Assembly: GCA_028826165.1 (NCBI GenBank)
Contig: JAPDFW010000066.1
Span: forward strand, 310,001-374,000
DNA: 64,000 nt
Reading direction: 5' to 3'
Source: Anaeramoeba ignava BMAN
Taxonomy: Eukaryota > Protista > Anaeramoebae
Part shown: piece after piece, positions 31,299 through 43,594 of the stretch
How positions within the stretch are numbered: the stretch's first letter is position 1
How the letters are laid out: the number at the start of each line of letters is the position of its first letter
The notes under the pieces: generated by a model
Seen by the model: the letters and a program-made list of their open reading frames with translations, nothing else
What the model was told of the DNA's origin: nothing
Databases searched by the model: none
Position numbers and translations under genes: made by a program

Positions 31299-34200
31299 TT
31301 AAAATTTAGAAAGTTTTGAAAATAATTGTTGATAAATTGAATCTTGTTTTTTTTGAATTGAATCAAGTGTATTTTTCAAATAAATTCGATCAGTATAATC
31401 TGATTTTTTAGCATTTTCAAATAATTTCAATAATAATTTTGCAGATTGTTTATCAAGAACATAATGTTCAATTAAAATATTAAAGAAATCCAAAGAAAGA
31501 ATTGCATTTTTCTTTTTTGACTAAAATAAAATTAAAAATTAAAATTAAAATTAAAATTAAAATTAAAATTTTTAATAATTATAATTATTTACTTGAGGAT
31601 TCATTTCTTTTTCTAAAACATAAAGTTCATTCATTACTTCTTGTACTAAAATTGAAGAAAAACCTTGAAGTTCTTGTAAAAATTCTGAATCACCTGCATA
31701 TAAAGTATCATTACTATCAATATTTGGAACATGATAAATATAATTTCTTTGTGATAAAGAAGCAAAAAGCATAATTAAACTGAAATAAATTTGAATTTTT
31801 GCATCACTTCCTTGAGACCTTTTTTTTTTTAATTAAAAATTTTTTTTATTTGAATTTTTTTGAAAACAAATTTCATGTTAATTAAAATTTTTTTTGATTT
31901 GAAATTAAAATTACCAAGGAAAATCTTTAAGAACCTTAATCATGGCTTTGATTAAATAAGAAGCTCCAAGTTCTGGATGACCAGGAACAACCAATAAAAT
32001 ACTTGAAAAATAACGTAAGAAATCAATTAATTTTTGTTCATCAATTAAAACAGAATTTGAATCACCAGAACTTTTTTGAGTTGATAATTCCTGAAACAAA
32101 GTCAAAGCAGCTCTAAAAAAGGTATCAGCTTGAGACACAATCGAATTAATTAATGAAATTTCACCAGCTTGAAGATAAAGATTCAACCGAAGAAAATAAT
32201 CATTCATTGATGGGATTGTGATATAAGCATAAGACAAACAAGCTTTAACAAAATCTGTTGTTTTCTTAGTATGTTTTTTCTTAACAATCTTAAACGTTTT
32301 CATTGTGAGCAATAAAGCTCTTTGAACAAGACATCCAATAACAGAATCAAGATTAAGAAAGGTTTCTCTGCATTCAACCAAAAAATTCAGTTCTTTTTCA
32401 ACTTCATTTCCAAAATAAGTTTTTTCCAAAAAATTGGAAATTAATTGTGAAATTTCTTTTATTTGTTCTGGTGTTGATAAACTTGTAATTGAATCATGAA
32501 GTAATTTTGTTTGTTCAAAAATTGAATATAAAATCAATGGATCTGATACAAATTCACTGGATTTCATAAGACTGTTAACTATTGTTTTTGCAAGTTCAAC
32601 TTTTGAATCTCCAGTTATTAAGTTCATTAATTTGGTAAAGTTATCTGAAAATAAAACTGCTGTTAAACTTGGTGAAAACCAAATGATTTTTTGTGTAATT
32701 GTTGCTATTTGTAAAACTATGTCTTTACTTCCTGATTTGGATATATGTCTTAAAATATCTTTTACCATTACATCTACATGTTTTGTCTATTTTTTTTTTT
32801 TTAATATTTTTAATATTAATTTTTAATTTTTCATGTTTGTGGAAAATTTACACTGCAATTTTTTAATGGATATTCAATAAAAACTTCAGCTACTGAAATA
32901 TAATCATGAATTTCTGGAAATCTTGAAACAACATTCCAAATTTCATTTAAAACTTTGAGTATTTTTTCTTTTGGTGGTGGTGTAATACATAATGTTCTAC
33001 CCAAAGTAACATATAGTTTATACTATTTTTAAATTTATTTTTAAATTTAATTTAAAAAAAAGTTTTTTTTTGATTTTTATTTATAATTTTTACTCGAGGA
33101 ATTGAATCATCTAATTCTTGAAATATTTGAATTAATTGTGTAATATTGGATGAAATTATTGAAGGTCTAAAAGAATTTAAAATTATTTCAAAAATCATTG
33201 ATGATTGACAATTTTCTTTAAAAATGGATAAAATTTTCAAAAATGTTTCCTAATTTTTTAAATAAAATTAAAATTAAAATTAAAATTAAGAATTAAAAAG
33301 GAAAAAGAATATTTTTGATACATTATTTCCGTCTAAACCAATATTTTGAATAATCCATTCAATAGCAGGTTTATGAAGATCAATATATTTATTAAAATCT
33401 AAACCTTTTTTCTGTAAATATTGTGTATGTCTTTCTGAAAGTAATTGATGTCTTTTTAAAATTTAAAAATTATTATTGTTTAAAATTTAAAAAATTTTGT
33501 TTTTTTTCGATTTAAATTTTTTTTAATTACTTGAAAGATAGTAAATAATCTTCAAATAAATCAACAATAAAATCATTTTTGTTTGGAAGAAGTTCTTTTG
33601 CCTTTTTAACTAAATAAGCTCTACAATATAAAGCAGTAATTGGTTTTCCAATTCCTCGAATCATTTTTCCAAGTCTTTCAATTGCATCACCAAGTTCTTC
33701 ATTAGAAAAGAATTTATAACAAGATAAAAATGCAATTTCTGTATAAATTCTTGGTAAAACTTCACGAACACTAACAATTTTATAAAACCAATTTCTAGCA
33801 GTTTCTTTTGAAGGTTCAGGAACTTGTTCAATAGTAAAATCTCCTAAATATTTTTATTAATATTTTTATAAATATTTTTACAAATAATTTTATAAATATT
33901 TTTATTAATATTTTTATTAATAATTTTATTAATAATTTTATTAATAATTTTATTAATAATTTTATTAAATATTTTTATTAATATTTTTATTAAATATTTT
34001 TATTAAATATTTTTATTAATATTTTTATTAATATTTTTATTAAATATTTTTATTAATATTTTTATTAAATATTTTTATTAAATAATTTTATAAATATTTT
34101 TATTAATATTTTTATAAATATTTTTATTTATATTTTTATTAATATTTTTATTAATATTTTTATTAATTATATTTATTAATATTTTTATTAATAATTTTAT

Positions 34201-36473
34201 AAATAATTTTATTAATATTTTTATTAATATTTTTATTAATATTTATATTAATATTTTTATAAATATTTTTATTAATATTTTTATAAATATTTTTATTAAT
34301 ATTTTTATTATTATTTTTATTATTATTTTTATTAATATTTTTATTAATAATTTTATTAATAATTTTATTAATATTTTTATTAATAATTTTATTAATATTT
34401 TTATTAATATTTATATTAATAATTTTATAAATATTTTTATTAATATTTTTTATTATTATTTTTATTAATAATTTTATTAATATTTTTATTAATATTTTTA
34501 TTAATATTTTTATTAAATATTTTTATAAATATTTTTATTAATAATTTTATTAATATTTTTATTAAATAATTTTATTAATATTTTTATTAATATTTTTATT
34601 AAATATTTTTATTAATTATATTTATAAATATTTTTATTAATATTTTTATAAATATTTTTATTAATATTTTTTATTAATATTTTTATTAATAATTTTTATT
34701 AATATTTTTATTAATAATTTTTATTAATAATTTTATTAATAATTTTATTAATATTTATATAAATATTTTTATTAATATTTTTATTAATATTTTTATTAAT
34801 ATTTTTATTAATATTTTTATTAATATTTTTATTAATATTTTTATTAATATTTTTATTAATAATTTTATTATTAATATTTTTATTAATATTTTTATTAATA
34901 ATTTTTATTAAATATTTTTATTAATATTTTTATTAATATTTTTAGTAATAATTTTATTAATATTTTTATTAATATTTTTATAAAATATTTTTATAAATAT
35001 TTTTATTAATATTTTTATTAATATTTTTATTAATATTTTTATTAATAATTTTATTAATATTTTTATTAATATTTTTATTAATATTTTTATTATTATTTTT
35101 ATTAATATTTTTATTAATAATTTTATTAATATTTTTATTAATATTTTTATTAATATTTTTATTAATATTTTTATTATTATTTTTATTAATATTTTTATAA
35201 ATATTTTTATTAATATTTTTATTAATAATTTTATTAAATAATTTTATTAATAATTTTATTAATATTTTTATAAATAATTTTATTAATATTTTTATTAATA
35301 TTTTTATTAAATATTTTTATTAATATTTTTATTAATATTTTTATTAATATTTTTATTAATTATATTTATTAATATTTTTATTAATAATTTTATAAATATT
35401 TTTATTAATATTTTTATTAATATTTTTATTAATATTTTTATTAATATTTTTATTAATATTTTTATTAAATATTTTTATAAATATTTTTATAAATTATATT
35501 TCAAATTAACTGTTTAAAGGTGGATATTTTCTTCCAGTTAATGGATCTATTGCATCAGTTAAATCTAATAATCTATCAAAAACTAAATCACCAAATGAAT
35601 CAAATAAATCAGCAAGAAGAAAAAATTGACTTGGATAAAAAGGAAGACAACTTGTATTTCTTAACATTTTTGCAGCCTTATTTTTTAAAATTAAAATTCC
35701 TTTTAAAAATTCCTTTTAAAAATATTTATAAATTTGTTAATAAATACACGAATAACATAACGAAGAGCACCAACTCTATCATTATTATTCCAGCATTGAC
35801 CCAATTCTTCAGTAATTTTTTGAATATATTTCAAATATTCATCTTGAGTTAACGTTAATTTTTTTTCTCTTTCTTTTTCTTGTTCAGAAGCTTTCAACCG
35901 TTCAATTTTAGTTTTGCCTTGAGACAAATTATCTGAATTATCTCTTGAAACTTTTTGACTGAGGGAAGTTTGTTTATTTTGCATATCAGTTCCGAAATCA
36001 TTATCATCTTTAAATTTACTTTGAATTGAAATTTTTGAATTAGTTGTATATTTTGCTAAAATAGATGTTTTGCGAACAGTCCAAGGCACAAATTGAAGTT
36101 CAAAATCATCTTTTAAAGAAAAATTTTGACCACTTGTTTCTGTTATTGATAAACTTGTATTTGATAATAACATTCCTGATGTCATATATGGATTGTATTT
36201 TTGTTTATTCTCGTAAATATTTGTTGTTAATGGATCATATTCTTCACTTTTTGTTAATGGATCTTCTTCTAGTGGATTTTCTTCTTTGCTTTTTTTTTTG
36301 CTTTTTGATTTTCTTTTTGATTTTCTTTTTGATTTTTTTTTTGGTTCAATTATAACTGTTTTAACAGTTTCTAATGGATGATTAAAAGCAATTTGTAATG
36401 GAATTAAATTGTTTCTTTTTTCTGTTTCATAATTTCTTTGAATTGGAGTAATTTGAATATTTTCTTCATTCAT
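31299..36473 (-). CDS. VPS35L: VPS35L (C16orf62), Retriever/Commander subunit, 9 exons
   Basis: N-terminal HPL/DPL motifs, PWTVRKTSILAKYTT, LTQDEY, FYPSQF, ETARNWFYKIVSVREVLPRIY, LLVVPGHPE and YHVPNIDSNDTLY. All introns are GT-AG. Confidence 0.92.
33845..35505. repeat. ~1.65 kb VPS35L intron of (TTAATATTTTTA)n
   Basis: 12-mer array almost devoid of G and C. Confidence 0.9.
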
Positions 36474-36611
36474 TTTTATTTATTAAAGAAAAAAAAGAAA
36501 AAAAAATGAAAAAAAAAAATTAATTAAAAAAAATTTTTTATTTATTTTTTTTATCCATAATTAAAAAAATTTTTTAATTCATTTTTTCTATAAAAATTCA
36601 AAATTTTATTC

Positions 36612-36862
36612 ATAATTCTCGATCAAGTCGCCTTATGGCTTCGATCAAGTGTAGTATCTGTTCTATCTAGTTTAGCCAACTAGATTACATTTCTCCATTT
36701 GAAATGTAGTGCTTCTGGTTAAGCAAATTTGTCTTATCTCATTAGATTCATTTAAAAATATTATTTTCAATTTCTTCTTAATCTTTAATAGAATAAGAAA
36801 AATTGAAAATAGAATCTAATTGGTTACAATTAATCTTGCACTTACTCGTTAATTTGTGACCT
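36612..36862 (+). ncRNA. U2: U2 spliceosomal snRNA (divergent, ~250 nt)
   Basis: GCCTTATGGCT..GATCAAGTGTAGTATCTGTTCT core with the branch-recognition GTAGTA. Stem IIa ATCTAGTT/AACTAGAT, stem IIb TACATTTC/GAAATGTA, IIc complement TGGTTAA, Sm-like AATTTGT, long stem III, and stem IV with a TTGCAC loop. Confidence 0.95.
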
Positions 36863-37144
36863 GGTTTTCTTTATTTTTTTGATTTAAATTTTTTTTTAAT
36901 TAAATGATCAAAAAAAAAAATTTATTCCACGTAAGCAGAAAGTATGAAATATAAAAAGGAAAAAAAAAAATTTTTTTCTTTTTCATTTTTATTTTTTTAA
37001 TTAATTATTTTTTCTTATTTTCTTTTTTATTTTTTCTCCTTTTTTTTTTTAATAAAAAAATAATCAAAAAAAACAAAATCAAAAACAAAAACAAAAACAA
37101 AAACAAAAACAAAAACAAAAACAAAAACAAAAACAAAAACAAAA

Positions 37145-38827
37145 ATGAGCAGAAATCGACATTCAATTTTTGATAATTTTTTTGGTAATTCTTTTAATTC
37201 ACATTCAATGTTTAATGATTTTGGTTTTTCAGATCCATTTTCTGATTTTTTTGGTGTAAGTAAAAATAAAAATAAAAATAAAAACATTAATAAAAACATT
37301 AATAAAATAAGAACCAAAAAGGAAAAAAAGGAAAAAAATTTAATATGATAAAAAAATAATTCACCAATAATTTCATTTACAAATTTGACATTGAAATAAT
37401 TCAATAATAATAATATAATAATAATTTAATAATAATATAATAATTTAATAATAATTTAATAATAATAATTCAATAATAATAATTTAATAATAATAATAAT
37501 AATTTAATAATAATATAATAATAATTTAATAATAATTTAATAATGATAATAATTTAATAATAATTTAATAATAATTTAATGATAATAATTTAATAAATAA
37601 TAATAATAATAATAATAATTTAATAATAATAATAATTTAATAATAATTTAATAATAATTTCATTTACAAATTTGACATTGAAATAATTTAATAATAATTT
37701 TTAATAATTTAATAATAATAATTTAATAATAATAATAATTTAATAATAATATAATAATAATAATATAATAATTTAATAATAATTTAATAATAATTTAATA
37801 ACAATATATTAATAATTTAATAATAATAATATAATAATAATTTAATAATAATTTAATAATAATAATAATTTAATAATAATAATAATTTAATAATAATAAT
37901 AATAATATTTGTTAATTTAATTCAAAATTAAAAGTGGAACAAAAAATTAATCAAAAAATTTTTTTTCATCTTTTTCCTTTTAAAAAGCCACAAAGACAAA
38001 GAACACAAAGAAGAAGAAGAGATCCAAACCTTCACAACACAGAACCAAGAGTAGAAGAAGTAACTGAAGAAACAGAAAACAATCGACGAACAACAGAAAA
38101 TCCAATAATTGAAGAACCAGATCAACAAAGAAACAGAATGAATGAAATGGAAGATTCCGATGATGATTTTATGGGGAATTCATTTGGAAACAGTTTTTTC
38201 AATTCAGGATTTGGAGGATTTGGAGGATTTGGAGGATTTGATCAAGAAGGATTTTCAAACGGAGGACAATCAGTTTATTATTCATCAACAACAACAACAT
38301 CAACAGGAAGAAACGGAGTAACGGAAACAAAACAAATTGTTCGAGACTCACGAACAGGCAAAGAAAAAGTCAAAATTCAACAAGGAATTGGTGATAAAAA
38401 ACGCACTGTTTTAACCAAATCTGATAATACTGGCGCAAAACAAACAAAAGTTCAACTTACAAATATTCATGAAGATGAAGTAGATAAATTTGAACAGGAA
38501 TTTAATCAAGTTTCTCAATCTTCTTTTCCTAGTTGGTTTAATAGAGATCATGGTGAAAATAATCCTTATTTAATCGGTTATGATTCAAAAAAAAAAGCAA
38601 AAAAATCTCAAAAAAAATCTAAAAAACCTTCTTTTTCTATTGAAGTTATTGATGATGAAAATGAAAATGAAAATGAAAATGAAAGTCAAAGTCAAAATCA
38701 ATTTCAAAGTCAAAATCAATTTCAAAGTCAAAATCAATTTACAAATGTTACTGAAGATGATGATTATGTTTATGGAAACAGAAAAAAACCAAAATCTAAA
38801 AAATCTCAAAAATCAAAAAGAAAGTAA
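37145..38827 (+). CDS. MLF: Myeloid leukemia factor (MLF) family protein (exons 37145-37255, 37988-38827)
   Basis: F/G/D-rich N-terminus, YSSTTTT..GVTETKQIVRDSRTGKEKVKIQQGIGDK and EVDKFEQEF fit the MLF domain. Phase-0 intron filled with (AAT)n. Confidence 0.85.
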
Positions 38828-39019
38828 AATTCTTTTTTTGCTTTTGTTTTTCTTTTCTTTTCTTTTCTTTTCTTTTCAATTTTCTTCTTTTTTTTTTCTT
38901 TTTCAAATTAAAGAAAAACAAAATATTTGAAATTTGAATTGAATAAAGCAAAAAAAAAAATTAAATTTCCATTTTTTTCATTTTTCATTTTTTTCATTTT
39001 GATTTAAATTTAAATTTAA

Positions 39020-39976
39020 ATGGAAAAAACAAAACCTCAATTATTTCATAATGAAAAAAAAACAATTTCTTTAAATTCAGGTTTTATAAGAGAAATTAAT
39101 ATTATTGACCAATATTCAGAAATTTTTAAACCTTTAATTAAAAAATACAACACAACAATTTCAATTTGTGGATTTATTGCTCCTGCTGTTGCTTTTTGGA
39201 TTTTTGATAATTTACAAACTTTTCCTTATTTAATTGATGTAAATTCTGTTAAACGTTTAATTTTCAGTTTATTAGATCCTGATAATTTAGTTCCTTATGT
39301 TGAAGATGCAATGAAATTTATACAAAATGATCGAGAAAACTATGTTAAAACACATTCAAATGAATTTTCAACAGAAAAAGTAATTAATTTTCAATTAAAA
39401 AAAAATTCAATTAAAAAATTCTATTTAAAAATGAAAAACAAAAAAAAAAAGGAAAAAGAAAATTATCTAAGAGATTGGGTCGCAAATTATGAAATTAGTG
39501 ATTATATCAAATACAAAGCAAATCCAAACGTAATTTTCTCAAGATTTATCGAAAGAGATTTTGGTCCATTTTCTAAATTAAATCATGAAGAAAAAAGAAG
39601 ATTAGAAGAAGAAGTTCCTTTTAGAAAATACAAGTTTTTTCTTGATTCACCAAATCCAAAAAAAGGTGAACAAAATATTCTTCAAAATCCTGAAGAATGG
39701 TTAAATGAAAATATCAAAAATGAAAATATCACAAAAAATGAAAATGATTCTCAAATTGATTGGAAATCAAATAAAATCATTATTACTGACAGTACTGGTC
39801 ATTTTACTGTTTCTCTTCCTTTAATTCTTCTTCAAAACCAAAAGAAAACAAATACTCTTCTTGTTTTAAATTCACTTAATTATGCTGTTTATTCATCTCA
39901 ACCTTTATTTAAACATTTATTTGAACTTTGGTTTGAAGGAAAAATTCCACCTCTTTATAATTCAAATCAAATTTAA
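39020..39976 (+). CDS. Uncharacterised protein with a candidate papain-like Cys-His-Asn triad; probable in-frame 72-nt intron 39380-39451
   Basis: SICGF, DSTGHFTV and LVLNSL occur in papain order. The GTAATT...AAAAG segment is stop-free. Confidence 0.7.
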   Translation: MEKTKPQLFHNEKKTISLNSGFIREINIIDQYSEIFKPLIKKYNTTISICGFIAPAVAFWIFDNLQTFPYLIDVNSVKRLIFSLLDPDNLVPYVEDAMKFIQNDRENYVKTHSNEFSTEKVINFQLKKNSIKKFYLKMKNKKKKEKENYLRDWVANYEISDYIKYKANPNVIFSRFIERDFGPFSKLNHEEKRRLEEEVPFRKYKFFLDSPNPKKGEQNILQNPEEWLNENIKNENITKNENDSQIDWKSNKIIITDSTGHFTVSLPLILLQNQKKTNTLLVLNSLNYAVYSSQPLFKHLFELWFEGKIPPLYNSNQI

Positions 39977-40181
39977 ATTCAAATTTAAATTCAAAATAAT
40001 AAATAAAAAAGAAAATTAAATTAATTAATTTAAATTTATTCTTATTTTTTATATTTTTATTTATTTTCAAAATCCACTTTTTTTATTTATTTTTTTTATT
40101 TAAATTTTTTTTTCATTTTTTTCCTTTTTTTTTAATAAACAAAAAACAAAAAACAAAAAGCAAAAAACACAAAACAACAAA

Positions 40182-41861
40182 ATGAATAATAATAATAATA
40201 GCCAAATTCAAAATGAAAATGAAAATCAAAATGAAAATGAAAATCAAAATGAAATGAAAAATTTAGAAAAAAAAGTAACAAAAAATTTAATTAAAGATTA
40301 TTCAAATCTTTTAAATGGAAATTCATTTAAAGATTTTTCAATTTTTGTTGAGAATAAATCAAATCCTTTTGAAATTAAAGTTCATAAATCAATTTTATCT
40401 TCAAGATCTCCTTTTTTTAATGAGTCATTAAGGCAAGAATCTCTTTCTATTTCTTTAAATCAATTTAATAAAAAAGAAATGGAATCAATTTTGAGTTATA
40501 TTTATTATGGAAATATTTCTTTTGAGAATCAAGAAAATCTTATCCAATTATTAGAAATTTCAATTTATTTTAAATTAAATTTATTGAAAGAAATTATTCA
40601 AAAAAAAATTTCAAATTCAATTAATTATTCAAATTTTTTCCAATTTTTATTCCAAAATCGAAATTTAAATTCAAATGAAATTGAAATAAAATGTTTTGAA
40701 TTAATAAATCAAAATTTTTCCCAAATTCAAAATAATGAAAATTTATTCAATTTAACTAAAGAAGAAATTATCAAATTTATTCAATTTAAACAAGAAAAAA
40801 AAGAAATTTTTCAATTTGATTTTTTTCAATTTTTAAATAAATGGATTGAAAAGAGAAATAAAAGATTAAAAGGAAAGAAAGAAAAAGAAAAAGAAAAAGA
40901 AAAAGGAATTGAAAAGAAAAGATTATTTCATTCTTTTTTTTCATTATTTGATAAAGATTCAATTTCAAAACAAGATTTTGATAAATTAAAACAATTTGAT
41001 TTTTTTCCCAAATCTTTTTTAGTTGATATTCAAAACAAAGTTATTCAAGACAAAGATAAGGAAATTGAAGAGAAAGAGAAGGAAATTGAAGATAAAAACA
41101 AAGAAATTGAAGATAAAAACAGAGAAATTGAAGATAAAAACAAAGAAATTGAAGAGAAATGGAAGAAAGAAGTTGAAGATAAAAACAAGGAAATTGAAAA
41201 TAAAGAGAAAGAAAATCAACAAATGAAAATTGAAATTGAAGAGAAATGGAAGAAAGAAGTTGAAGATAAAGAGATTGAGAAAATGAAAGAAGAAATGGAA
41301 TTACAAAAGATTTTTGCAGATTCAGAAATTATTCAAGATATTGAATATGTTAAGAAATTACAAGAATGGATAAATGATAATGATTTTTTTTCTAAAATGA
41401 AAAAAGGATATTCAGCAAAAAGAGATGGATTTAATTCTCAAAATTGGCATAAAGCAGTTGATAATAAAGGAAAAACATTAGTTATTATCAAAACAAAAGA
41501 TAATTTTATTTTTGGAGGTTTTACTCAAGTTGGATTTAAACATTCAACAAGTGGAGAAAACATTAATGATTCAAATGCATTTATTTTTTCATTAAGAAAT
41601 GATAAAGGGGATAGAATACCTGCAAAGTTTACACATAATGGTAATGGTTGTGGAATTCATACTAACACAAACTATGGTCCACATTTTGGTAATGGAGCTG
41701 ATTTTTATTTAGTTTCTAATTTACAACCTGGTGAATCAAATTTTGGTTATAGTTATCATCTTCCTAATGGAATTACTTATAATACAAATGAAGCTAAAAG
41801 TTATTTAGCTGGTTCTTATGATAAATGGGTTGTTGATGAACTTGAATCTTATTTCATTTAA
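40182..41861 (+). CDS. Intronless BTB/POZ + coiled-coil + TLDc protein
   Basis: DFSIFV..IKVHKSILSSRSPFF..ILSYIYYG (BTB); KEIEDKN heptads; YSAKRDGF..WHKAVDNKGKTLVIIKT..IFGGFT..GPHFG (TLDc). Confidence 0.92.
   Translation: MNNNNNSQIQNENENQNENENQNEMKNLEKKVTKNLIKDYSNLLNGNSFKDFSIFVENKSNPFEIKVHKSILSSRSPFFNESLRQESLSISLNQFNKKEMESILSYIYYGNISFENQENLIQLLEISIYFKLNLLKEIIQKKISNSINYSNFFQFLFQNRNLNSNEIEIKCFELINQNFSQIQNNENLFNLTKEEIIKFIQFKQEKKEIFQFDFFQFLNKWIEKRNKRLKGKKEKEKEKEKGIEKKRLFHSFFSLFDKDSISKQDFDKLKQFDFFPKSFLVDIQNKVIQDKDKEIEEKEKEIEDKNKEIEDKNREIEDKNKEIEEKWKKEVEDKNKEIENKEKENQQMKIEIEEKWKKEVEDKEIEKMKEEMELQKIFADSEIIQDIEYVKKLQEWINDNDFFSKMKKGYSAKRDGFNSQNWHKAVDNKGKTLVIIKTKDNFIFGGFTQVGFKHSTSGENINDSNAFIFSLRNDKGDRIPAKFTHNGNGCGIHTNTNYGPHFGNGADFYLVSNLQPGESNFGYSYHLPNGITYNTNEAKSYLAGSYDKWVVDELESYFI
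41050..41290 (+). repeat. Coding 21-bp tandem repeat (KEIEDKN heptads)
   Basis: AAAGAAATTGAAGATAAAAAC variants repeat in frame. Confidence 0.8.
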
Positions 41862-42244
41862 GAAATAATTTCATTTCTTTTTTTCAAAATTTAATTCAAT
41901 TTTAATTTACTTTCAATCAAATTAATTTCTTTAAATCAATAAATAAGAAACAAATTTAATTTTAAATAATTTAAAACAATTAAAATAAATGATTAAAAAT
42001 TTAATTATTCAAAAAAGAAGATAATAAACCAAAATAAAAATTGAAAATAGAAATTAATAATAATTAAATTTAAATTCATTTTTATTAGATAAATTAAGAA
42101 AAAAATTAATTATAATTTATTATTAAATATTATTAAAATTCAATTAATATTATTAAAATTAATTTAATATCTTTATTAAAATATTTGGAATAATTTTTAT
42201 TTTCAATTTTATTAAATTATTTTAAATAATTTTAAATTGAATAT

Positions 42245-43520
42245 TTTAAACTATTCTTGGAATTAAATATTTAAATAATAAAATATTTAAAATTAATTTT
42301 CAAACATAAAATTAAATATTAAATTATGTTTTTAAATTAATTTATAAATTGGATATTAAATTAATTCTATTCCATTTTTATATTTTATGTTAAATATTTA
42401 AATAATAAAATATTTAAATTTAAAACAATAAATTATTATTTTAAATAATAAAATTAAATATTAAATTATATTTTTAAATTGATTTATAAATTGGATATTA
42501 AATTAATTCTATTCTTATTTTTATATTTATATGTTAAATATTTAAATAATAAAATATTTAATTTTAAAACAATAAATTATTATTTTAAACATAAAATTAA
42601 ATAATAAATTATATTTTTAAATTAATTTATTAATTAAATATTAAATTAAATCTATTCTTATTTTTATATTTATATGTTAAATATTTAAATAATAAAATAT
42701 TTAAATCATAAAACATTAAATTATTATTTTAAACATAAAATTAAATATTAAATTATATTTTTAAATTAATTTATAAATTGGATATTAAATTAATTCTATT
42801 CTTATTTTTATATTTTATATGTTAAATATTTAAATAATAAAATATTTAAATATAAAACATTAAATTATTATTTTAAAACATAAAATTAAATATTAAATTA
42901 TATTTTTAAATTAATTTTATTAAATTGGATATTAATTTAAACTTATTTTCATTTTTATATTTTTATGTTAAATATTTAAATAATAAAATATTTAAATATA
43001 AAACATTAAATTATTATTTCAAACATAAAATTAAATATTAAATTATATTTTTAAATTAATTTATAAATTAAATATTAAATTAAACCTATTCTTATTTTTA
43101 TATTTTTATGTTAAATATTTAAATAATAAAATATTTAAATCTAAAACAATAAATTATTATTTCAAACATGGAATTAAATATTAAATTATATTTTTAAATT
43201 AATTTATAAATTAAATATTAAATTAAATCTATTCTTATTTTTTATATTTATATGTTAAATATTTAAATAATAAAATATTTAAATATAAAACAATAAATTA
43301 TTATTTTAAACATAAAATTAAATATTAAATTATATTTTTAAATTAATTTCCAAATTGGATATTAATTTAAACTTATTTCCATTTTTTATATTTATATGTT
43401 AAATATTTAAATAATAAAATATTTAAATTTAAAACATTAAATTATTATTTTAATAATAAAATTAAATATTAAATTATATTTTTAAATTAATTTATTAATT
43501 GGATATTAAATTAATTCTTA
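42245..43520. repeat. Intergenic satellite 2, ~144 bp monomer, ~9 copies
   Basis: Anchor ATGTTAAATATTTAAATAATAAAA at ~42387, 42531, 42674, 42819, 42965, 43108, 43252, 43396. Confidence 0.95.
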
Positions 43521-43594
43521 TTTTTTTATTAAAATTTTTTTGCTTTTTCTTTTTCATTTTTTTCATTTTTTTTCATTTTTTTTCATTTTTTAAA

